Below, one piece after another: positions 1 to 9,575 of a DNA stretch of 64,000 bases. The notes beneath the pieces are model-generated. The model ran no database searches. It was not told where the DNA came from and saw only the letters and a list, made by a program, of their open reading frames with translations. Position numbers and translations under genes: made by a program. Numbering within the stretch: the first letter of the stretch is position 1; each line of letters begins with the position of its first letter. Source of the DNA: Candidatus Komeilibacteria bacterium (GTDB lineage Bacteria > Patescibacteriota > Patescibacteriia > UBA1558 > GWA2-36-10); the NCBI GenBank assembly GCA_018656065.1, contig JABHZY010000017.1, positions 20,873 through 84,872 of the forward strand, read 5' to 3'.

Positions 1-1787
1 TTTTAGGGTTTTGGGGAACGCTAGTTATTCTTTTAGCAATCTTATTTATTGGAGTATTTTTGAGTTTTAATACTTCTTTCGCAGATATTATAGCTAAAGC
101 TAAAGCTTTGGGTATTATTAAAGAAAAATTTTTACCAGATCAGGAATTTGAAGAGGAAGAAGAGGAGCAGGAATTTGAAGTAGATGAAGTAATGGAAGAG
201 GAAGAAGAGGAACAAGATTCCGACGAAGAGGAAGAAGAGAATGATGAAGAAGTAGAAGTAAAAAAACCCAGAAAAAAAATTGTTGTACCAGTTGATTTGC
301 TTTCTAAATCTAATACTAAACCAGACTCAGGAGATGTTAATTCTAACATGAACAAAATTCAAAAGACTTTTGAAAACTTTGGTATTGAAGTTGAGATGGC
401 AGATGTAAATGTTGGGCCAACTGTTACTCAATATACTCTTAGGCCCGCAGAAGGTGTTAGACTTTCTCAAATGTTAACTTTGCAAAACGATTTAGCCTTG
501 GCTTTGGCAGCTCATCCACTTCGTATGGAAGCACCTATCCCAGGTAAATCTTTAGTTGGTGTTGAGGTGCCAAATCAATCAGTTTCTATTGTTAAGCTTA
601 GAGAAATATTAGAAAGCAATACTTATAAAAAAAGAAAAAATAATTTACATATATCACTAGGTAAAGATGTGGCGGGTAATGCTATTATGGGCAACTTAGC
701 TACCATGCCTCATTTATTAATCGCTGGTTCTACAGGATCAGGTAAGTCAGTTTGTATAAATAATGTCATTTTATCTTTGATATATCAAAATTCACCTGAT
801 CAATTAAAATTTATTTTAATTGATCCAAAGAGGGTAGAGCTTTCTTCATATAATGATATTCCACATTTACTTACACCAGTGATTAATGACACAGATAAAG
901 CTATTAATGCTTTGCGTTGGGTAGTAAATGACATGCATGAAAGATATAAATTACTTCAAGCAGCTGGCAAAAGAAATATTGAAAGTTATAATAAAGCAGT
1001 TATAGTTAATAAGATACCTTATATTGTGGTAATAGTAGATGAATTTGCAGCTCTGATGTCACTGGCTTCCAAAGAAATAGAGGCGGCTGTAGTATCACTA
1101 GCTCAAATGGCTAGAGCAGTGGGAATTCACTTGGTATTAGCCACTCAACGTCCCTCAGTAGATGTGATTACAGGCCTTATTAAAGCTAATATTACTTCTA
1201 GAATTGCTTTTGCTGTAGCTTCATCTATGGATTCTCGTACTATTATAGATACCTCAGGAGCAGAGAAATTGCTAGGAAAAGGAGATATGTTATTTATGAC
1301 GGCTGAACTTTCTAAAGCTCGTCGTATTCAAGGGGCTTATGTATCAGACGAAGAAATTAATGATGTGGTTGCTTTTATAAAAGACAAAGAAGAGCCAGAA
1401 TATAATGAAAGTATCGTAGAAAAGAAAGGTGGTGCTGTAGCTGGTTTCGGTGGTGGCGGAGATTTTGATGATGATTTAACTCTAGAAGCTAAAGAGGTAG
1501 TTATTAAAGCTGGCAAAGCTTCAGCTACATTATTACAAAGGAGATTAAGAGTGGGTTATGCTAGAGCAGCTCGATTATTAGATATATTGGAAGAAATGGG
1601 AATAGTTGGCCCATCAGAGGGCTCTAAAGCAAGAGAGGTTTTAATTTCTCAAGATGAATTGGAAGAAAATTTTGATTCAGTCTTAGACGAAGAAGAGGTA
1701 GAGAGCGAGGAACTAGATGGAGAGTTAGAAGATTCTGAGGATGATGAAGGTGTAGAATATGAAGAGGATGAAGAAGAAGATAAGTAA
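1..1787 (+). CDS. ftsK: DNA translocase FtsK/SpoIIIE, 5' end cut by window edge
   Basis: The frame is open from nt 3, with a TM-like LGFWGTLVILLAILFIGVF before the ORF-track start at 60. Motifs: Walker A GSTGSGKS, Walker B VVIVDEFA, ATQRPS, and gamma-domain LLQRRLRVGYARAARLLD. It has an E/D-rich linker and tail. Confidence 0.9.
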   Translation, partial: LGFWGTLVILLAILFIGVFLSFNTSFADIIAKAKALGIIKEKFLPDQEFEEEEEEQEFEVDEVMEEEEEEQDSDEEEEENDEEVEVKKPRKKIVVPVDLLSKSNTKPDSGDVNSNMNKIQKTFENFGIEVEMADVNVGPTVTQYTLRPAEGVRLSQMLTLQNDLALALAAHPLRMEAPIPGKSLVGVEVPNQSVSIVKLREILESNTYKKRKNNLHISLGKDVAGNAIMGNLATMPHLLIAGSTGSGKSVCINNVILSLIYQNSPDQLKFILIDPKRVELSSYNDIPHLLTPVINDTDKAINALRWVVNDMHERYKLLQAAGKRNIESYNKAVIVNKIPYIVVIVDEFAALMSLASKEIEAAVVSLAQMARAVGIHLVLATQRPSVDVITGLIKANITSRIAFAVASSMDSRTIIDTSGAEKLLGKGDMLFMTAELSKARRIQGAYVSDEEINDVVAFIKDKEEPEYNESIVEKKGGAVAGFGGGGDFDDDLTLEAKEVVIKAGKASATLLQRRLRVGYARAARLLDILEEMGIVGPSEGSKAREVLISQDELEENFDSVLDEEEVESEELDGELEDSEDDEGVEYEEDEEEDK

Positions 1788-1795
1788 AATTAATT

Positions 1796-2476
1796 ATGTC
1801 CAGTTTTAGACAGAAGAAGATAACACGGTCTCAAAATTTAGCAGATAAGTTACGACAAGCTAGGTTAGCTAAAGAAATCAGTTTAGAAGAAGTTGCTGAG
1901 GCCACCAAGATTCAAGTAAAGTATCTAGAAATATTAGAAGAGGGTGATTATCAAAAATTACCAGGAGATATTTATTCCAAAGCCTGGTTAAAGCTCTATG
2001 GAGATTTTTTAGGTTTGCAAGTTAATGAGCTATTAGTGGATTATAAAATAGAGAAATCCATTAGTAATAAATTAACTAAAGTATCTAGTCCAGTTGTTAA
2101 GTCTAATAATATTTCTCTTTATAGTATTCTTAAGCCTAGGGTTTTAAAATTTTTAGGTATAGCTTTATTAATATTGGCATTGTTAGCTTATTTAGGATGG
2201 GAAATTAATAATACTATATCACCTCCAGAAGTAACTATTTTTGAACCAAGTAATAATTTTAAAACTACTGAATCTAGTGTTAATATTAAAGGACAAACTA
2301 AAGCAGAGGTACAGTTGACTATTAATAATGAATTGGTATTATTGGATGAGGAGGGTAAATTTAATCAGTCAATAAATTTGATAAACGGTTTGAATAATTT
2401 GGAGATAAGTGCTAAAAAGAAACATAGTAAAGTAAAGACAATAGAAATTATCATTTTGCGAGAATCATTAGAATAA
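1796..2476 (+). CDS. RodZ-like HTH membrane protein
   Basis: N-terminal Xre-type HTH (LRQARLAKEISLEEVAEATKIQVKYLEILEEGDY), a single TM (FLGIALLILALLAYLGW) and an extracytoplasmic C-terminus. This is a RodZ-type architecture. Confidence 0.6.
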   Translation: MSSFRQKKITRSQNLADKLRQARLAKEISLEEVAEATKIQVKYLEILEEGDYQKLPGDIYSKAWLKLYGDFLGLQVNELLVDYKIEKSISNKLTKVSSPVVKSNNISLYSILKPRVLKFLGIALLILALLAYLGWEINNTISPPEVTIFEPSNNFKTTESSVNIKGQTKAEVQLTINNELVLLDEEGKFNQSINLINGLNNLEISAKKKHSKVKTIEIIILRESLE

Positions 2477-2539
2477 TTAAATAATATAATTAAGGCAAGC
2501 ATAAGCAGGCTGGTTTGCTATCAAGAAAGGATTAGATAT

Positions 2540-3547
2540 ATGGTCAAAAAGACTAAAGATGATGTTGATCAAGGTGTGAAAAATGCCATTGATCAAATTA
2601 GAACTCGTTTTGGTGAAGGTTCAATTATGAATTTAGGTGAAGCTAAAGCTATGGACGTAGCCGCTACTAGTACAGGTTGCTTATCGTTAGATATTGCCCT
2701 AGGGGTGGGAGGAGTACCACGGGGTAGAATTATAGAGATCTATGGTCCTGAAGCGTCCGGCAAGACTACTTTGGCACAGCATATTGTAGCTGAAGTTCAA
2801 AAAGAAGGCGGTGTAGCCGCTTTTGTGGATGCTGAACATGCCTTAGATCCAAGCTATGCCAAAAAAATTGGTGTAAATATAGACAAGATGTTGATATCTC
2901 AACCAGATACAGGTGAGCAAGCATTGGAGATTGTAGAGACTTTGGTTCGCTCAGGTGGAGTTGATGTAATAGTCGTTGATTCTGTGGCTGCTCTAGTACC
3001 AAAGAAAGAAATCGAAGGAGATATGGGAGATTCTCATATGGGCCTTCAGGCTAGATTGATGAGTCAGGCTCTTAGAAAATTAGCTGGTATAGTACATAAG
3101 AGTAAAACTACTGTTATTTTTATCAATCAAATCAGAATGAAAATTGGTGTTGTATTTGGTAACCCAGAGACAACCACAGGTGGTAATGCTCTGAAATTTT
3201 ATTCTTCGGTTAGAATTGAGGTCAGAAGAGCTGCTGTAATCAAACAAGGAGAAAAGGTTATTGGAAATCAAGTCAAAGCCAAGGTTGTAAAAAATAAAGT
3301 AGCCGCACCATTTAAAACAACAGTTTTTGATATTATGTATAATGAAGGTATTTCTGTAGCGGGGGATATGTTAGATACTGGTTTAGCTTTTGGTGTTCTT
3401 ACTAAGGCTGGTAATTCCTATAGCTATGGAGATATCAAGCTTGGAGTAGGTCGCGAAACCGCTAAGACATTTTTAAAAAGCGATAAAAAATTGTTAGCAG
3501 AACTTAGAAAAAAAGTTTGGAAAGAACATAAATCTTCTGAAGAATAA
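2540..3547 (+). CDS. recA: Recombinase RecA
   Basis: Full-length RecA-like sequence with Walker [21 protein letters not shown] and [11 protein letters not shown]. Confidence 0.97.
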   Translation: MVKKTKDDVDQGVKNAIDQIRTRFGEGSIMNLGEAKAMDVAATSTGCLSLDIALGVGGVPRGRIIEIYGPEASGKTTLAQHIVAEVQKEGGVAAFVDAEHALDPSYAKKIGVNIDKMLISQPDTGEQALEIVETLVRSGGVDVIVVDSVAALVPKKEIEGDMGDSHMGLQARLMSQALRKLAGIVHKSKTTVIFINQIRMKIGVVFGNPETTTGGNALKFYSSVRIEVRRAAVIKQGEKVIGNQVKAKVVKNKVAAPFKTTVFDIMYNEGISVAGDMLDTGLAFGVLTKAGNSYSYGDIKLGVGRETAKTFLKSDKKLLAELRKKVWKEHKSSEE

Positions 3548-3558
3548 TAAGTGTATTT

Positions 3559-3590
3559 AAAAAACACCCCGAAGTGGGGTGTTTTTATTT
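3559..3590 (+). terminator. Rho-independent terminator after recA
   Basis: Stem ACACCCC (3564-3570) pairs with GGGGTGT (3576-3582), loop GAAGT, followed by a T-run. Confidence 0.8.
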
Positions 3591-3757
3591 ATTATGAAAT
3601 ATAATTTATGAAGATTAATTTGACAAATTATAGTGTTATGTTAAATTATATACTATATGAATATTTTGAATGTAAATATTAATATTATCCGCAGAACCTC
3701 CGAATAATCCTTCGGAGAGGCACTTGTATATTAATAAAATTATAATTATATATTAAG

Positions 3758-3790
3758 CAGCTTTCCGAAGGGGAGCTGGTTTTTTATTTA
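3758..3790 (+). terminator. Orphan intrinsic terminator with no annotated gene upstream; possible 3' end of a small RNA
   Basis: CAGCTTTCC / GGGAGCTG stem with GAAG loop, followed by GTTTTTTATTT. It lies about 170 nt after the recA terminator. A TTGACA box is at 3620-3625. Confidence 0.45.
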
Positions 3791-3802
3791 TAAATTTATA
3801 TT

Positions 3803-3940
3803 ATGAAAAAAATAAATTATATACAATCTATATTGGGTCGTAGCAGACGCTTAAGAATAATCTTGAGGTCGTTTGTTAGTGTTTAAAATATAGGGGTATT
3901 TAAAATTTATCATGCGGCCTCAAGTAGGTCGTTTTTTGGT
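3803..3940 (+). promoter_or_regulatory. Candidate attenuator-type leader: 27-aa Arg-rich sORF plus alternative helices and a T-run, upstream of ORF 3973
   Basis: sORF 3803-3886 encodes MKKINYIQSILGRSRRLRIILRSFVSV. A 10-bp helix pairs 3862-3871 with 3915-3924. It competes with a small hairpin at 3916-3930, which is followed by GTTTTTT (3931-3937). Confidence 0.25.
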
Positions 3941-3972
3941 AAATTTGTTCTTTTAAACACAGGAGGTCAGCG

Positions 3973-4518
3973 ATGACTCGAATCATTGAAGCAGGGCATT
4001 ACTACAAGGCAAAAGGGCCAACACTTTGGTCAGTCGTAGCTTGGGAGATTATGAGTAATATCAAGCAACTAGACGACAAAACATTACTCATGGTTGATGA
4101 TGTGCATACTGTAGAGCAGATGTCTGTTCAAGAAAAAACATTATCTACCGAACCATTTAACCCTTCTGTTGATTTATTTGTTTATGAATCAGAGCTTTGT
4201 TCATACGGTAAAGATGCTTTGCAAAAATTAGCATCTTTATCTAAGAAGAAAAAAGCTAGAAAGAATGGAAATGGAAAGTGGTTTTGCTCGGGCATACCTC
4301 TAACTAACGAAATGGGATTGCCGCTTTGTATTTTGTATGATGTAGGTTTAACTCTTTTTAAAAGTGCCAGGGCAGATAAAGCGATAAATATCTTGCCGTA
4401 CTTTTATGAAGAGGAACAAAGAAACCTGATCCGTATTATACAAAAAATTCTTCCTGAATTTTCCATCAAGGTAATATTATTTGATCTTGAAGGAAAATAT
4501 TGGGAGATGCCACTTTGA
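3973..4518 (+). CDS. Hypothetical protein (ORFan, 181 aa), compositionally atypical
   Basis: Strong SD AGGAGG at 3961-3966. The counted 5' lines are 40-50% GC. I recognise no motif. A lysine-rich patch KKKKARKNGNGK is present. Confidence 0.7.
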   Translation: MTRIIEAGHYYKAKGPTLWSVVAWEIMSNIKQLDDKTLLMVDDVHTVEQMSVQEKTLSTEPFNPSVDLFVYESELCSYGKDALQKLASLSKKKKARKNGNGKWFCSGIPLTNEMGLPLCILYDVGLTLFKSARADKAINILPYFYEEEQRNLIRIIQKILPEFSIKVILFDLEGKYWEMPL

Positions 4519-4580
4519 TTAGTGGGAGGTAAGGACAAAAACTTATCTCCCACAAAACTTATTATTAATTAATAAACATT

Positions 4581-5285
4581 ATGAAATTTAAAAAAACAAT
4601 AGGCATCCTTGGTGGTATGGGACCAGAAGCAAGTCTGAATATGTACAAAACTATAATTAACTTATGCCAAGATAAATATAATTGTCAGCAAGATTTTGAT
4701 TTTCCAAAAATTATAATTTATAATTTACCATTGATTGGTTTTGATGAAACAGGGATAAGGAATAAAATTTTAGTTAAATCACAACTAATTCAAGCTGCTC
4801 AAAAAATAGAATTAGCTGGCAGTGATTTTTTAATTATAGCTTGTAATACAGTGCATTATTTCCAAAAAGACATAGAAGAGGTTATAAATATTCCTTTGAT
4901 AAGTATGATTGATGAAACAGTAAAAAAAGTACAAGAACATAATTTCAAAACTGTTAGTGTTTTGAGTTCGGCTAGTACCACAACACTGGGGTTATATGCG
5001 AAAGTTTTAAATAATAGAGGCATAGAAGTTGTAGGTTTAACTAAACAGCAACAAGAAATAATTAATAAAAGTATATTTAATGTAATGCAAAATAAAAATA
5101 ATAAACTAGATAGTAAAAATATTAAAAACATTATAAATAGTGTAGTATCATTAGGAGTAGAAGCAGTTATATTAGGATGTACTGAGCTACCTTTACTTAT
5201 AAGCCAAAAAGATATTGCGGTTAAATTATTTAATTCAACAGAGATTACTAGTAATGAAGCATTGCAATATTCTTTAGGTAAATAA
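4581..5285 (+). CDS. Aspartate/glutamate racemase family protein
   Basis: Motifs GILGGMGPEAS, ACNTVH and GCTELPL, the two catalytic Cys motifs of the Asp/Glu racemase family. Confidence 0.85.
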   Translation: MKFKKTIGILGGMGPEASLNMYKTIINLCQDKYNCQQDFDFPKIIIYNLPLIGFDETGIRNKILVKSQLIQAAQKIELAGSDFLIIACNTVHYFQKDIEEVINIPLISMIDETVKKVQEHNFKTVSVLSSASTTTLGLYAKVLNNRGIEVVGLTKQQQEIINKSIFNVMQNKNNKLDSKNIKNIINSVVSLGVEAVILGCTELPLLISQKDIAVKLFNSTEITSNEALQYSLGK

Positions 5286-5320
5286 ATATATTTATTAAGC
5301 AGCTCCAGCCTTGCTAGGCG

Positions 5321-5350
5321 CCCCTAGTATACTTGCTAGGGGTGGTTTTT
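5321..5350 (+). terminator. Rho-independent terminator after the racemase gene
   Basis: CCCCTAG (5321-5327) pairs with CTAGGGG (5336-5342), then TGGTTTTT. Confidence 0.7.
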
Positions 5351-5368
5351 ATTAGTATAATATTGAAT

Positions 5369-6793
5369 ATGTCTACAGCTAATAAAATATTCACCAATAC
5401 TCTCTGGCAGGTGATAATTAGGGTTATCAATATTTTGATAGGTGTTTTTTCTTTAGCCTTAATTACCCGTATGTTAGGCAAAGCTGGTTTTGGTTTTTAT
5501 ACTACTATATTTGCTTTTGTGCAGATGTTTGCCATTTTAGCAGATCTAGGTCTTTATATGGCAATGCTTAGAGAAATATCTTCTGTTAAAGATAAAGTTA
5601 GTGAAAATAAAATAATAAATAATATATTTACTATTAGACTAGTATCATCTCTTTTGATGTTGGTTCTAATTCCACTAGTCATTCAATTCTTCCCCTATGA
5701 TCAGGCAGTCAAGACAGGAGTTATATTTTTTATGGGCACATTCTTTTTTCAAACTTTAATTACTACTTTGACAGCAGTTTTTTCCAAAAAATTAGATATG
5801 GCCAAGGTAGCCTTTATAGATTTTGTAAATAAACTTCTTTATGCTGGATTCTTGCTCTATTTATTTTTTTATGGCTTTTCTCTTCATACCATAGTGTTGG
5901 GCAATTCATTCACCATGGGAGTATCATTCATTTTACTTTTATTTTTTATACGGCGACACATTAAATTATCATTAGCTTGGGACTTTAAATACTGGAAGAC
6001 TGTTTGGCATCGTTCTTGGCCTTTAGCTATTACGGTAGTATTAAATTTATTATATTTTAAGGCTGACACTTTAGTATTGTCTGCCTATAAATCTCCAGAG
6101 GAAGTGGGTTTGTATGGTGCTCCCTACAGAGTGCTGGAAGTAATGGCTACATTTCCGCATATGTTTATGTCTCTAATTTTGCCAATCTTTACAGCTAATT
6201 GGGTGGCTAGAAAAATCAAAGACTTAAATGAAAATTTTCAGCACAGTTTTGATTTTTTTAGTATTATAAGTATAGCTATGCTTTTCAGTACCTGGTTGAT
6301 TAGTAGGCCACTGATGATTAAGTTATCTGGAGAAGAATTTGCTGCTTCAGGGCCAATACTAGATGTATTGATTGTTGCTACAGTAGGTATATTTTTTGGA
6401 ACTTTGTTTATTTATATGGTAGTAGCCATTGACGCTCAAAGACAAATGATCAAATACTTTCTTTGGTCAGCTATTGTAGCTTTAATTGGCTATTTCATAT
6501 TTATACCTATTTATTCTTATTGGGGGGCAGCTTATATGACATTAGTTGTTGAGTGGTTGATAGTACTTTTTGCTTGGCGAGTTGTCAAAAAAAATATAAA
6601 CATAAATATCAAGTTGGGTGTTCTATATAAAAGTATCTTTGCAGGAGCTTTTGCTTTTTTAGTAGCCTGGATGTTACGATCATATAATATAGTTTTTACT
6701 TTAGCTCTTGCGCTGTTGTTATATTTTATAATTTTGACTTGGTTCAAAACTATCAGTCGCAAACATCTTAAGCAAATATTTTTAAATAAATGA
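5369..6793 (+). CDS. Polysaccharide/oligosaccharide flippase (MOP/Wzx-like)
   Basis: About 14 predicted TM helices and a Wzx-type N-terminus (NTLWQVIIRVINILIGVFSLALITRMLGKAGFGFY). I chose ATG 5369 because the ORF-track TTG at 5333 lies inside the upstream terminator. Confidence 0.8.
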   Translation: MSTANKIFTNTLWQVIIRVINILIGVFSLALITRMLGKAGFGFYTTIFAFVQMFAILADLGLYMAMLREISSVKDKVSENKIINNIFTIRLVSSLLMLVLIPLVIQFFPYDQAVKTGVIFFMGTFFFQTLITTLTAVFSKKLDMAKVAFIDFVNKLLYAGFLLYLFFYGFSLHTIVLGNSFTMGVSFILLLFFIRRHIKLSLAWDFKYWKTVWHRSWPLAITVVLNLLYFKADTLVLSAYKSPEEVGLYGAPYRVLEVMATFPHMFMSLILPIFTANWVARKIKDLNENFQHSFDFFSIISIAMLFSTWLISRPLMIKLSGEEFAASGPILDVLIVATVGIFFGTLFIYMVVAIDAQRQMIKYFLWSAIVALIGYFIFIPIYSYWGAAYMTLVVEWLIVLFAWRVVKKNININIKLGVLYKSIFAGAFAFLVAWMLRSYNIVFTLALALLLYFIILTWFKTISRKHLKQIFLNK

Positions 6794-8055
6794 TGAATTT
6801 ATTTTTTGCCATTTTATTGATAGGATTTATTTTTCTAAGTTACAGAAAATTACTTTGGGGAGTGGGCGCGGTGATAGTTTTATTACCAGCCTATCTTTGG
6901 CGTTTTGATATTTTAGGACTGCCAACTACTTTTTTAGAGTTGTTGATAGTTTCTTTATTTATAATTTGGCTGATCAAAGAAAAAAAATATACTAAAATAA
7001 ACTTTTCTTTACAAAAAAACTCTAATAATCAAGTTCCTAAAATTTTAAGATACTTATTAGGCCTGTGGTCATTGGCAGCTATCTTGGCCTTGCTAACAAA
7101 TTTTAGCTATTCCTCTTTAGGCTTGTGGCGAGCTTATTTTTTGGAGCCTCTAATGTTCTTCCTAGTTTTTATTTATACGGTTAAGGATAAAAAAGATTGG
7201 AAAGTAATTATAAATTCTCTGGGTTTGTTATTGGCCTGGTTATTTACCGTTGCCATGTATCAGAACTTTACAAATTGGAATTATATTAACGCTTATAATT
7301 TTCCTAATGTTAAAAGATTGACTGGGCCCTTTGCCTATCCTAATGCACTTAGTTTAATTACAGCGCCACTGACAGCTTTATTTGCCGGCCTCTGGATTTA
7401 TACTAAAGATAAGTTATTAAATTGGCATTATTTAATATTATTTATTTTTGGCGTATCTTTAGCAATTATGACTGTTAGCCAGGGGGCTATTTCAGCTATT
7501 GGGTTTGCACTATTTTTAGCTCTAATATTAGCCAAAAAAATAAGAAAAATAGGCATTTCTATTATAGTCTTGGGATTAATTAGTATTCTTTTAGTATTAC
7601 CAAGTATAGACATTAATCCAGAGTTAAATTTACAATCTAGCTCCCTAGACATTCGTCTTAATCAATGGCAAGAGACTAGTGATTTGCTAGCGGACAATTT
7701 TTTATTAGGGGTTGGTTTAAATGGATACCAGGCTGCTCTACAAAATTATCATCAAACAGAATGGTTAGAGATTTATTTATATCCACATAATATATTTTTA
7801 AATTTTTGGACAGAGATGGGCATATTTGGCTTATTGGTTTTTGTAAGCTTATTAGTATACGTAGTCTTACTGTTAAAAAATTTATTTAAGAATAAAAATA
7901 ATTTAGCTTGGCCATTAGCTATGATGTGGGTGACTTGGTTTATACATGGTTTAGTTGATGTGCCTTATTTTAAAAATGATTTAAGTATTTTATTTTTTAC
8001 AATGCTAGTTTTTACTTTAGTAGTTTCTAAATATAAAAAAGATGTCAAAAGCTAA
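6790..8055 (+). CDS. O-antigen ligase / Wzy_C-family membrane protein (WaaL/PglL-like)
   Basis: Polytopic membrane protein with the Wzy_C-type segment GVGLNGYQ...YPHNIFLNFWTEMGIFGL. Its start overlaps the upstream stop as ATGA. Confidence 0.75.
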   Translation: MMNLFFAILLIGFIFLSYRKLLWGVGAVIVLLPAYLWRFDILGLPTTFLELLIVSLFIIWLIKEKKYTKINFSLQKNSNNQVPKILRYLLGLWSLAAILALLTNFSYSSLGLWRAYFLEPLMFFLVFIYTVKDKKDWKVIINSLGLLLAWLFTVAMYQNFTNWNYINAYNFPNVKRLTGPFAYPNALSLITAPLTALFAGLWIYTKDKLLNWHYLILFIFGVSLAIMTVSQGAISAIGFALFLALILAKKIRKIGISIIVLGLISILLVLPSIDINPELNLQSSSLDIRLNQWQETSDLLADNFLLGVGLNGYQAALQNYHQTEWLEIYLYPHNIFLNFWTEMGIFGLLVFVSLLVYVVLLLKNLFKNKNNLAWPLAMMWVTWFIHGLVDVPYFKNDLSILFFTMLVFTLVVSKYKKDVKS

Positions 8056-8662
8056 TAAAATATTTTTTTATCCATCTAGCCTAGTTTTAGTTTTAGTGAA
8101 TCTAATTCCTTTGTTAGGAGTGTTATTTTTAGGTTGGGATGTATTTTCAATTATTATTTTGTATTGGATGGAATCAGCTGTAATTGGATTTTTTAATATT
8201 TTAAAAATGCAGAAGATAAATAATTATAAATTTACTCCTCTGTTACCATTTTTTATAATGCATTATGCAATTTTTATGTTTGTGCATTTATCTTTTATAA
8301 TAAATTTTTTTCAACCAAATTTACAACCAGCCTCAGATCAACTAGAGGCCCTTGTAATAATTTGGCAATATTTTAGAAGTATATTTATTTCCTTGTTTCT
8401 TATATTTTTGAGTCACGGGCTTTCATTTATATATAATTTTATAAAAAGAGAGGAATTTAAACATATTAGTATAAAACAACAAATGTTTATTCCCTATAGA
8501 AGGATTATAATAATGCATCTTGTGATTATGTTAGCTGGAGCAGGAATTATATACCTTGAATATGATAAAGCAGTTTCAGCTATAGTTTTTTTAGTGATTT
8601 TAAAGATAATTTTTGACTTAGGTTCTCATATCTTTGAACATCGTAAAAATATTTTGAATTAA
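8042..8662 (+). CDS. Polytopic membrane protein, unknown function
   Basis: Has 5-6 hydrophobic helices and overlaps the upstream gene by 14 nt. No motif recognised. Confidence 0.6.
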   Translation: MSKANKIFFYPSSLVLVLVNLIPLLGVLFLGWDVFSIIILYWMESAVIGFFNILKMQKINNYKFTPLLPFFIMHYAIFMFVHLSFIINFFQPNLQPASDQLEALVIIWQYFRSIFISLFLIFLSHGLSFIYNFIKREEFKHISIKQQMFIPYRRIIIMHLVIMLAGAGIIYLEYDKAVSAIVFLVILKIIFDLGSHIFEHRKNILN

Positions 8663-8701
8663 GCCATTTACATATAGTTAAAATTTTAGTATAATATACA
8701 C

Positions 8702-9565
8702 ATGAAAAAAGTTAAAAAAGCTATAGTCGCAGTAGCAGGGTCAGGTACAAGATTATTGCCAGCTACTAAGTCTATGCCAAAGGAGATGCTGCCTATTGTA
8801 GATAAGCCGGCTATTCAATTAGTAGTTGAAGAATTAGTGGCTGGTGGCATTGAAGATATTATTCTTGTTACAAAATGGGATAAAAAACCCCTAGAAGATC
8901 ATTTTGATCATTCTTGGGCTCTTGAATACGAATTAGCTCAAGCAGGCAAGAAAGAAAAATTAGCTGAAGTTAAAAAAATCTCAGAAATGGCTAATTTTAT
9001 ATACGTCAGACAAAAAGGGCCTTATGGGAATGGCACCCCAGTTTTATCTGCGGCTAGTTTAGTCCAAGATGAGCCTTTTTTATATGTTTGGGGGGATGAT
9101 TTAGTTAAATCTAAGATATCTTTTACTAAACAGATGATCGATGATTATAATAAGACTGGCCATTTAATGATTGGTGTACAACAAGTTGCTCGTAATCAAG
9201 TTGATAGATATGGGATCGTTAGTCTTAAGGATAAAAAAACTATGCAATTAGATGGTATTATTGAAAAACCATCTATCCAAGAGGCTCCTTCTCGTTTAGC
9301 AGATTTTGGCCGTATGATATTGAATCAAGAAATTGTAGACGTGCTTAAAAAAACTAAATTAGGCAAAGGTAAAGAACTTTGGATAGTAGATGCTATTCGT
9401 GATTATATAAAAGCAGGTGGTGATTTTTACGCCAAGGAAGTTCAAGATGGAGAATGGCTAACTACCGGAGACCCTTTGAATCTACTTAGAACAAATTTAG
9501 AATACGCTCAAGACAGACCAGAGCTTAAAAGGTTTTTGAAAAAATATCTTAAAACATTAAAATAA
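8702..9565 (+). CDS. galU: UTP-glucose-1-phosphate uridylyltransferase
   Basis: N-terminal AVAGSGTRLLPATKSMPKEMLPIVDKPAIQ and GalU-like length. Confidence 0.9.
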   Translation: MKKVKKAIVAVAGSGTRLLPATKSMPKEMLPIVDKPAIQLVVEELVAGGIEDIILVTKWDKKPLEDHFDHSWALEYELAQAGKKEKLAEVKKISEMANFIYVRQKGPYGNGTPVLSAASLVQDEPFLYVWGDDLVKSKISFTKQMIDDYNKTGHLMIGVQQVARNQVDRYGIVSLKDKKTMQLDGIIEKPSIQEAPSRLADFGRMILNQEIVDVLKKTKLGKGKELWIVDAIRDYIKAGGDFYAKEVQDGEWLTTGDPLNLLRTNLEYAQDRPELKRFLKKYLKTLK

Positions 9566-9575
9566 TTTTTCTCGA

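Noticed and set aside
140-355. A 71-aa poly-Ser minus-strand ORF, and the apparent GAA/GAG 'repeats' in ftsK (also 1640-1787).
   Set aside because: The ORF is the antisense reading of the Glu/Asp-rich linker of FtsK. The acidic tracts are irregular low-complexity coding sequence, not a tandem repeat or CRISPR-like array.
3608-3682. A 24-aa sORF (MKINLTNYSVMLNYILYEYFECKY) after recA.
   Set aside because: It has no SD, is made of A/T-driven codons, and contains the TTGACA box proposed as a promoter. It is most likely chance.
5333-5368. ORF-track alternative starts extending several genes upstream (5333, 10915, 11558, 12007, 15688, 18864).
   Set aside because: The extensions overlap terminators or upstream genes and lack signal-peptide logic. 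The internal ATGs give proper N-termini (signal peptides, MSGHSKW of YebC) and better initiation contexts.
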